A DNA stretch of 61,703 nucleotides, filler included, from Porpidia crustulata (Eukaryota), in NCBI GenBank assembly GCA_964255105.1. It is 8 parts of 8 records of this genome, joined end to end, with 100 filler letters (N's around TTAATTAATTAA, not from the genome) between each part and the next. Parts side by side here need not be neighbours in the genome. Positions count along the whole stretch, not along the records: positions 38,659 to 46,277 come from CAXUWE010001276.1; positions 46,378 to 53,993 come from CAXUWE010001277.1; 6 more parts are not named here. One strand, 5' to 3'. This document shows, in pieces, positions 39,726 through 49,353 of this stretch (within the stretch, counting starts at the first letter, position 1; each line of letters opens with the position of its first letter). The notes beneath the pieces are model-generated. The model ran no database searches. It was given only the letters and a program-made list of their open reading frames with translations, and had not been told where the DNA came from. The position numbers were made by a program, and so were the translations under genes.

Positions 39726-40268
39726 ATGCCGGTAACCGCGCAAGCCTTGACCACTAACACGGACGGATACATCATCACATTGCCGTATGTTCGCAGCACA
39801 GCAACGTATACAACCCTTCTAACTTTGAGTAAATCAACACCGACTGCGGAAGCTGTCACTTCATCCGATCACCACCATGGGCTTTCATCCGCATCAATCG
39901 CTGGTGCCGTTATCGGCTCCGTCATTGGCGTCGCAGTCCTGTTGTTACTGCTCTACTTCTGCTGCTTCAGAGATTATGATACCTATGAGGACTCCCCTAG
40001 CAACAGCACCACATCGGACGGAGGAGGTCGACACGAAATGAAAAAGTCCACGACCAAGACTTTCCCAGGCGCAACGATGGTCAAGAATAAGGGAGGGGGA
40101 AAAGTCGGACTTGCCGACGACAGCGGCAATGCAGTCGCATGGGTTCGGAAACCTCGACCAAAACATAAAGCGCCATTGAATCAACCAAGGTCTAGTACTC
40201 GGTCGAGAGGACCAGGTCGAAGGCATCCTATTGAGGCTGTCGAAGGCTTGGACTACCCTGGAAACTAA
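39726..40268 (+). CDS. Small single-pass membrane protein (Thr/Ser-rich N-terminus, TM helix, basic tail)
   Basis: 180-aa ORF. GLSSASIAGAVIGSVIGVAVLLLLLYFCC is a Mid2/SKG6-type TM helix with juxtamembrane cysteines. Confidence 0.7.
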   Translation: MPVTAQALTTNTDGYIITLPYVRSTATYTTLLTLSKSTPTAEAVTSSDHHHGLSSASIAGAVIGSVIGVAVLLLLLYFCCFRDYDTYEDSPSNSTTSDGGGRHEMKKSTTKTFPGATMVKNKGGGKVGLADDSGNAVAWVRKPRPKHKAPLNQPRSSTRSRGPGRRHPIEAVEGLDYPGN

Positions 40269-40649
40269 CTAGGCATGGCTGTCTTACAACTCATCCCCTC
40301 CTCGCGTACAATACCAGCAGTAACTTTCACCTTTTCTTGAGACGGACAACTTCGTTTCCTCCAGATTGAAGTTGACGCCAACGTAACGATTGGCTATGTA
40401 TCTGTTCCCCACCAATTGGCTGTGCGGGCCGCTTATTACAAGGCAGTGCATGAGCTAAGCCAAACCCACAATCAGCCTCACGGAAAGCCGCTGCTCATCT
40501 CTAATTTCAAGTAGAATAAGGCGAAGGTCGACTGAGACCGTGGAAACCCTTCCATCGAAGATATTAAATGCTCTATCCGCAGCTGGAAAGTTGCCATATC
40601 GAAGCGCAGTTTTCTCTCATCCTTCAGGATAGTCTTCCCAATTGCAAAA

Positions 40650-41495
40650 ATGGGAAAATCCTATCTCCTGGCCCCAACGCGCGATAATCCCCCCAACGGC
40701 CCTATCGCCCTCGGCAATATCATTGCCTCCCCCTCCGCGCCCGAAGACCGCCTAAATCCCACCCCAACCCTTCTGAATCTCCCCATCCACGAGTCCTACC
40801 AAACGAATTTCTTATCAGAAGTGAGCCGGTACAAAGCCGGCAAGATCGGAATATGGACGAGTTTCCTCCAATCCCTTGGCATCGGAATCGACCTCAGCAT
40901 CAACTATGAGATTGCGAATACTGAGAAATTCGAGTTTGAAAGTTTGGAAACTAGGTTTTTCACTCCGGATAGGCAATTTGTGGAGAGGTCAATGGAGGGC
41001 GATGACGTGCAGGAATTTATTAAGAAGAGTAAATTTAAGGCTAATGTGTATATGATCATTGGAATCAAGATCGCGAGGGGCGCGTCTGTGACGAGCACGA
41101 AGCTAAGGGAGAAGGGTTTGCATGTGCAATTTGGGGTTGATGCGACGCCAATGGGCGTGCCGCTGAGTATTGGCCCGAATGTTGAGGTTGAGGGTGGACC
41201 GAGGGAGAGTACGGCTTTTGAGAGCGCGGAGGGCTTTGTATTTGCATATAGGTTGAGGGAGGTATTTTATTCCAGGAAGCAGGGTTTGGTCATTCGTGAG
41301 TATAACAAGGGCGCTATATTTGGGATCGATGGTGGGAGTAAGTTTGAGGCGGAGGTTGGGGGGTAGGAGGTAGGTAAGGTTGATATACTGGGGATAGCTG
41401 AAGAGGATGTTGGAGGTGAGGATTTGGATTTGGATGGTGAGGAGGTTGCGGATGACGATGACGAGGTTTGTGAGAGTGTAAGTTTGAGCGCATGA
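40650..41495 (+). CDS. Fungal gasdermin (HET-Q1/RCD-1 family). ORF stops at TAG 41364-41366 (238 aa); the frame continues to TGA 41493-41495 (281 codons)
   Basis: Family hallmarks: YLLAPTRDNPPNGPIALGNII, GIWTSFLQ, FESLETRFFTP, VYMIIGIKIARGA, GVPLSIGPNVE, FVFAYRLREV and YNKGAIF. An acidic tail ending DDDDEVCESV lies beyond the TAG. An S8 protease gene is adjacent. Confidence 0.87.
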
Positions 41496-41781
41496 TCTGC
41501 GATTTATGCCTTGTTGGACAAGCTGCTTCCACGCTTGTTATGTTTGATGGTCGACGATCTTGTTTAAACTTGTTTGCTTCAGGCTCTCATCTCATACAGT
41601 CAAGCTTGGAAGATAGATATCGATGAGGTCATGACAATCATATGTACATAAATATATACCGCTGTATCGTATGATGAAGGAACGCTTGCTCAAGCGCATG
41701 ACAGAAAGGCAGTGAATATCACTCCATGCAATGCCACAAGCCTGGATCGGCACCACATCCCCACCGGTGGCTGAAAAATAC

Positions 41782-44235
41782 TTAGCCTGGATCATCTTCC
41801 AGGCCAAACGCGCTGTCAAGGACATCAGATATACGGGAAGCGATACGAGTGACGGAGTCTTTGCCCATTCGCTGGTCCAGCAATTTCCAAGGAACGATAT
41901 TCTTATACCCGTCCTTCTCCTCACCCATGGCGGCTAGAACTTCCCTCATGCCTTCCATGGTTTTTAGTCGCGCACGGTGGGTGATTTTGATTAACGGTAT
42001 CTTGGAGAATTCCAGGATTAGAGCGGCGATAGCAGCAGCAATTGGCGTTGCTGTCGACGTCCCCCACTGACGTTTTTCCGGGCCTTTCTTCAAGTCTTTA
42101 GGCCAGGCAGAAAGTACAGCTTCACCCAGAGCGGAAAAGTTGTGGCTCAGAGCGACAGCTGGAGGATTGTATTTTGATCTTGCGCCATTACCATCTGCGG
42201 AGTTGATGCAGATGACTTTGAGCATCGCCGAGGCGGGAAAGGCGATTTTGTCATTCGCACCATGGTTCGCAGCAGCAGCAAACATGATGATGTTCTTGCT
42301 AGAAGCGTAGTCGATGGCTTTTTCCATACTTAGATACCTGCGCGGGAAGCCGAAGGACATGGTGATGATGTCGACTTTCCACTTGTCCGCTGCATGCATG
42401 ATGGCCTGCATGGGCTTGATCAGCTGGAAAGGGAATGTGATGGATGACTTCAAACCTGAGAAACATTTTCCGGTTCCAACGTGTCTTTATAGTCTTTGAC
42501 CACTCGGGCGACATAAATCTGCGCTTCTGGCGCGACTCTCATTAGCAATGCTGCAGCATGCGATCCATGACCGCAGGTGTCTTTGTCGCCGTCTTCTACA
42601 GTCCAGCTCTTTACCTCCTTGCCGCGCTTCTCCCACTGCTGTTTAAGATCAGGATGGCTTAGGTCTATCCCGGTATCTAGGATGGCGATCTTGACTCTTC
42701 TCATGAGTTCTTTTCGATGAGGCGCAAGTAGTCCTTGTGTGTACGCCTCCAGACGCTGAAACCAAGCGTCTGCCACTTTGGCGCTGCTTGAACAAGTGTC
42801 ATCATGAGAGAATTAGACATTTGGTTCTTATAACGTACCTTGGCAAATCTTCGACTCCTCTATGCGCGTCACAGAGATTGCTATAGATGTTAAGCTCTTT
42901 CAGTAGATCCCGTACTTCCACCGGCTCTTTTGGCTTCTTGGCGCGCTCACCCGTCTTTATTGGACCTGTCTTTGGTAAATTAGAAACGGACTTGGAAGCC
43001 TTGAGCTTTGAGGGTACAGATTCAGGTGACTGGTCGTCATTGGTTTCTGCTGGCTCTCTTGGATGTGGCCCAGCTGATGACGCTCGTATCGCGATGTCAT
43101 TGGGCACGGGGAGCCGTCCTTTGTCATAAGAGATTTTTCTCTGGTTGCGGTCATGGTTGCTCTTCGAACCTTGGTTGGTAGTTTCGGGTGAAGAGGATGA
43201 CCGGTCGATAATCGTGCTCCCACGTTTTGCTTGCTTATGCCCTTGCTCTTCCTTTGGCGTTGTGCGTGATTCGTTGTCTGATTTTGATCTGTTTTGCCGT
43301 GACGCAGCCTTTTTTGCGGAGTCCACTCTCACTCTGAAATGGGTGCTGCGATTTGGAAGAGCTTCATGGCCAGCGGTATCATCCTTTGCCCTCTTATCCT
43401 TCTGATGGTCTATGGGCTTCCCATGTGTAGTCGTTGTCACATGGCTTTCTGCATTCTTAGTATCCTTTTGCTCAAGATTGCGTTTTGTCTTCCTCTTCTC
43501 CCATTCAAGCTCATTTTGCTTATCAAGTGCTTTGGTGATCTTTCTACAAAGCTCTTCGCTAGTGGCGAATTGAGGATCGTCTTTACCTTGCGCTCTTAGG
43601 ACGTTAATGTTGCCCAGCACGAGTGACTTGGCTTCCCTAAGGCGATCGAGGTGAAAGAGATTTGTCGCGAGGTTGTGTTTGGTCGCAATCAGGTCAACGT
43701 CCGTTAAGGGCTGCTTCTTACGCTGCCCAAGATTTTCTCTATTCAGTTTCTCTGCTTCATCGTACAGGTTGAGCTCTTCAAGAGTAGCAGCGAGGTTGTG
43801 CCGACTGGAAAGCGTGTCTTCATTATCTTTTCCCAGCGTGACTTCTCTTGTCTTAAGCGTCCTCCGATCTAGCTCTGCGGCTTCTTTGTAGCGACCCAGT
43901 CTATACAGATTGTACGCAAGATTGTGTTGAATCTCAAGCGTCTCAGGATGTTCTTCTCCGTACTTCCTCCTCCTCATATGTAGAGTCTGCTCGTTAAGGG
44001 TTGCTGCGTCGTCGTATTTTCCAAGCTCGTGCAAGGTGAAAGCAAGGATATCTTGATCGTCAAGCGTCACAGGATCCTTGGGGCCAAGGGTTGTTTTGGC
44101 CCATGCAAAGTTTTCTTTAAATAATATGGACGCTTGGCCGTATTCGCTGCCCTCGAGATGCTTACGAGCAAGGTCATCTTTCCTGTTATGCTCCCGAATA
44201 CCTTGATCGCGTATCCAAACGCTGTGCAGGGCCAT
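41782..44235 (-). CDS. TPR-repeat / S8 subtilisin-like serine protease fusion (~783 aa, 3 exons)
   Basis: Exons 44235-42839, 42786-42456 and 42405-41782 are joined in frame by 52- and 50-nt GT-AG introns. About four 42-aa TPR repeats (e.g. YGEEHPETLEIQHNLAYNLYRLGRYKEA), a charged low-complexity linker, the intact triad ILDTG / GHGSH / GTSTA and oxyanion AANHG. No signal peptide. Confidence 0.9.
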
Positions 44236-44468
44236 GCGAGCCAGTTGTCTGGCATAATAGACCTGAATACATAAAGCTCAAAAAGGGACCGAATAAATTT
44301 TAGAAAGTAAAGCTTCGTCGCCAGAAATCAGCATACTAAATGTGCCAAAGGAAGGCTGAGGCCTCCATGACTCGAGAAAACTCCGCGAGTATTCCCACAA
44401 GCCCCTGCAACTTTCGGGGTGCCCCGCCAATTGGCTTATCGCGGGGGCTTACCGTAGATTTCATGCTA

Positions 44469-44725
44469 CAATAGAGTTGGTTTTTAGTCTAGACCCATTA
44501 GGCTAGTCATCACACTCCGACAAAAAACATGCCCTATTGTACCTGCTATGGCGGAACAGCCATAGCAGCTGGGAGAAAATTGTATACAGCGAAGATATAG
44601 AGAATCAATAGCATTACAGACACTGAATTTGAAGATTTTTCATCAGAGCTTCTGTTGTTGATATACGGAGCGTTTGGTAATGCCCCATATTTTGCGATGG
44701 TCTAGACTAAAAACCAGCCTTACTG
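44469..44725. mobile_element. MITE (Tc1/mariner-like, TA target duplication), 257 bp
   Basis: TA|CAATAGAGTTGGTTTTTAGTCTAGACC ... GGTCTAGACTAAAAACCAGCCTTACTG|TA: ~27-bp imperfect TIRs flanked by TA, with no ORF. Confidence 0.75.
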
Positions 44726-45037
44726 TAGTCATGGCTCGTTGGCCTGTGGGGGCGAAGGCACAATCTCAATGCAACTTCAGACCCTCTCTTCAAATACCAT
44801 GCAAGCTATCAATTCCAGTGATTTTCCGGTTCGGCGCAAATAAAGTTGATTTTACTTGGTTTTAGAGTAATGAACAACTTCAGCAAAACTAAAAGCGTAT
44901 TCGGACTGGATAGCTACTTTGCTTAGCCAAACAAGCATAGACTATACGCTTTGATAAATTGGACCATTAGCTTTATTTGCTGTCCTTTTTCCTCCAGGGT
45001 TGCCTTGGTTTATGTAAAAGCGTCAATCCATAATCGG

Positions 45038-45875
45038 TGTCATAAACCGGACTTCACGTGACGTTCAAGGGACCTCATAGGGTTCGAGGAAGCTCTCTGA
45101 GGTTTGGCCCAATTGGGTTGAATCTTGAGTTATATTAGTATCAGAGCTGTGATCAGGGTGAAGTATGCAAAAGGGATAAGTCTTGTATTGACTTGCTAAG
45201 CTAAAGTGGCTCAATGATTTAGATTGACTACGGTTCTTCATTATGCAAGGGAGAACGAGGGTGTTTATATACACGACATTGCTCAGGATGTTCAGGATGC
45301 TCAGTGACTGATCATACTGAGCATACTGAGCATCAGTCCCGATGCTTGCCCTTCTGGGGTTGGCGTAATGCTAGCTCCCCATCATACTCAGGTGAACACT
45401 CTCTTAGGTTAGTGTGTCTTCGGGATTCCACCAATCCTAACATTCCAATCCTAACAACGGAACTCGTTGGCCTAAGGAAGGGGTTCAACATAGTACGCTA
45501 ACCCCACAAAAAGTTCTCCCTAGCACGCCTGCCCAAAAGGAGAGGCAGAAGAAGGTGACTAAGCAAGGGTGCCAAAGAAAGTAATCAGAGAGATCAGAGC
45601 GATCAGGCATAATCACTCTGATCAAGCTGATCACCTCAGATATATAAACACCCTCGTTCTTCCTTGCAAAGATGAAGAACCGTAGTCAACTTAAGTCACT
45701 AAGTCACTTTAGCTTAACAAGTCAATATAAGACTTATTTCTTTTGTATACTTCAATCTGATCGTAGCCTCGATACTAATATAATCTAAGATTCAACCCGA
45801 TTGGACCGAACCTCAGAGAGCTTTATCGAACCATATAAAGTCCCCTGAACGTTACGTGAAGTCCGGTTTATAACA
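45038..45875. mobile_element. 838-bp element with ~235-bp inverted arms (fold-back/MULE-like, or two inverted solo LTRs)
   Basis: 45038-45271 matches the reverse complement of 45642-45875 at roughly 80% by eye, mostly transitions. Termini are TGT...ACA. Confidence 0.8.
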
Positions 45876-46277
45876 CATGGTCTGATAGATTTCAGAAGAC
45901 CCTTTGAGGATTTGGCTAAGATCAATCGAATCAGCAGGGTATGGAGCAGAGATAGAAGGGAATTACATTGCAGAAGTGAGAACTCATTTACCCTGGTCTC
46001 TTTTATTTTAAGCTATACATCGAGATAACCGCTTTACTCCTAAAATTATACGAGGGAATCAATTAAGCAAAGAAATGAGTAGGGGGTAAAAAGGGATAGC
46101 ATTTAGGATGGCTAAAAGGAAGCTTTTAAGAATATAAGGACCTCAAGGAATTAAAAAACAACTAAGGCAACTCAAGCCGAGATAGAGGAAGCCCATTTCA
46201 GGCTCCCACGTGCTGCGCCCTGCACTGCCTCGTGCTCCCTCTCTGTTCCCTCAGCGCTCCCCCGCGCTCCCCCTGTG

Positions 46278-46377
46278 NNNNNNNNNNNNNNNNNNNNNNN
46301 NNNNNNNNNNNNNNNNNNNNNTTAATTAATTAANNNNNNNNNNNNNNNNNNNNNNNNNNNNNNNNNNNNNNNNNNNN
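46278..46377. other. Artificial contig spacer
   Basis: N44-TTAATTAATTAA-N44. Confidence 0.99.
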
Positions 46378-49353
46378 CCGCCCCCCCCCCCCCCCGCCTG
46401 CCGATCGGGGCTCTCAAATCATCTCACTTGCCTGACTTTGCCTAGAGTAAATCCCCCAATGACCGGTCAATCGACCTTGTCACTTGTGTGCCGGCCAAGC
46501 TCCCACAAGACCGGCTGCTGCTCACTCGCTATCCTGATCCCGACGTTCCACTAACCATACTTACCATAACGCAGGCACATCTAGCTCGATCGCAATTTTC
46601 GGACCCCGTTAGCTATCACCCCCGGAAAAGATTGACCATACGAGTAATCAAGTATTTCTCCGTCCGGAGATGTGGGAAATTCTATCAATTAGAAAACATT
46701 CACCCCGACATTTGACAACACAATTGAGAACCATAATAACATTCTAGAACAAATTGCTTTTCCGGAAACCCGTCCTATCCGGCTGGCTCCAGGTTGACCG
46801 CAGAACCGAATTCAGGAATTCGTTAGGTACCAAAGGCATCTCGGGTCCAGCTTGAACGGGAAGAAAGGTACGGGATGCTTCATCGCGGCAAAGTCGACCC
46901 GCTTGTGCGGAATGACTGGAAAACGCTACGCCATGTCAATAATCCTCCTGCTTGTAGGATTGCATTCCAGAATTTGCAGCAGGATCGTGTAACATCAATC
47001 CGACCGAGCAATTGCAATTTTGGATAGAGCAACGCCCAAAATGGATGAGGCGAGACGTCTTGCGAGATATTACTATGTAATCAGCGCACTTCACAGCCAT
47101 GCCGCGCCCAGGTAGGAATTCATTTACCTAGTGATCGTTCAAATTGCTAAACGACCGAACCCAGGCCTTGATAACGAGCACGTAGCTGGAACAGATGGCC
47201 GGGAAAGACCCTCCGCAAAAGGCAATTGTGATTTCGTTATCATCTTTCCTATCCAATATCTGTTGTGGCTGGCCATTACAATGTTTTGATAGGCCGTTCA
47301 AATGCATTTAGCTGAATCAATGACTTATATACAAGCTGCCACGAAAATTCGAACAATCGAGCATTGATGCTGCACATAGGAATTGCAACACGTTTGACCA
47401 TCTAGTTGCAGTCCAAGAAATCGAACAAGATAAGAAATTACAAGAATCGGCGTCAGGTACTATACATGTTTGGCCAATTTTTGATCAAACATCCCTACCT
47501 TATTGATAAAGCTGGTCCATCTTAATGGGGTTATTATCCACACAGCCCGCCATCCCAGGGCCATTGCTACACTCATGTATATCACGAGGCCAAAGCTTCT
47601 CCGATGCATGTCCTGACGATACTCGATCTATCGACAGTTGGTGCAAGTGTCTTGCCCCTAGTCCTTCGATACTAGTGAGACACGAGAGAGAGCTCATCAC
47701 GGCCATCGTGACACTTGGGCATGTCAAGCAATGTAGTCACAGATAGACCGCGCCTTTCTCGTCGGCAATTTCGGGTACCCAGGCGAGTGCAAAACAGGTA
47801 GGCAAATCAGGCAAATTTAGAAGATGTCGCTTGCAGGTAAGAGAGCTCTTAAGGCCCGTTTCGTCCACTATTGTGACACCCCCTTGGTGACACGCAGGAT
47901 CACAATATCCGAATCGTGAGGGAATATGAAATGGTGTTCGCAGAGTAATCCGGAAACGGAGTTTCTTTTGCATCCTGGACCCTTGTGATCTCTTTTGTTA
48001 ACACGGAGGAAGGTGTGCACGTTCTCGAGTTTCATCAAGCGTGACTTACCCATCCACACGAAGGTGAAAAGTCTCTCTCTATCCTTGCTGTCTCTGCGGC
48101 CTTTAGGTACTATGAGACTGGACTATGTGAAAGACTGCAAATTTTTTGTTTCTTGGCTAGGACTCTCTTTAACATGGCTGGGAAAGCATACGAAACCTCG
48201 GAGTGTTAGGAAAGTCATAATCCAATCCATAAGCAAAATTGAAACGTGACATTTGAAGCATGTAAGTCCGAGTCTCTTCATAAAATCTCAGCTAGAGATT
48301 GATATTCAGAGCGATGCTCACAATTCACCAAGTGGAGTGACGGCCTTTGCCCAACAGTATCGTCATTCTGGAGTAATTGTAATATTCAATGTTCAATGTA
48401 ACTTTCTTGCTAGTAGGAGTATATTGACCGTGTATTCGATTGTATAACCTGAAGATATATGCTTGCAGACGTCAGGATGAGCGAATCTGACTTCACTGCC
48501 GTTGGAAGAGATACCGGTTTGTGCTGTGGTATCGCTGTCGTCTAAGTGATACTTCCATAAGGGGCATAGCCAAGGCTAGCAAGAGATAGTGAAAGCATTA
48601 CAGCAAAATGTTGAAAAGCTTTCCTCAAGTAAAAAGTCTTGAAGTCCATTGTCTCAAGTGACTAGCTACGTACCCATCGCTATTTGCGTCTGCGGAAGAA
48701 TCTCATATATATGTAGTTCAATAAGCCTTCCGTGCACAGTAGATTGTATCTTAAAATATCCACCTTCAGCTTTCTCGATTTTCCGTTGCATTGTTTTGTC
48801 TGCTCAGCATACATTGACTACAGGTAACACTCCTGATTTGATGTTCACTTGCACTGTGAGTCGAGACTTCTTTCTGACGAGATTAGAATTGATGATAAGA
48901 GAAACGAGATTGAGAGAACCACTAACAGCAATGGGTAATTCTGATACACCTCCAGAAAGACCTAGCTGAACAATGATTATTATTGAATATTAACTGACTT
49001 TTGCTCTAGACATAAAGCGATAGAAAGGTGGAAGACGTCACAATTGTAATAACATTATCGAATATTGAATATGACGTTCGGGCAATTTAACGTGCTGGCC
49101 TGGTCCGGAAGTCCAGACGAATCCCTGTCTTGGTTTGTAGGGGAGTAAAGTGGAGGGTCCGGTTCCAAACTCGGAAGGGATGGTATTGACCCAGGCTTGT
49201 GACTATCGTGCTAGAATTCTTCAACCGGAAAGCTGTAAAACAATATCATAATCCCAGTGCTTGATGCTATAAAATTTTTAACGAACGTCCAAGACCCGAA
49301 TCTGACTTAAAGTAGATACGCTGATCCCATTTCCAAGCTGTCGGGTTCTCGGG

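Noticed and set aside
46378..49300. 3-kb region upstream of SSK2 with many short ORFs and CCGG motifs
   Set aside because: No coherent gene model, repeat structure or consistent motif spacing.
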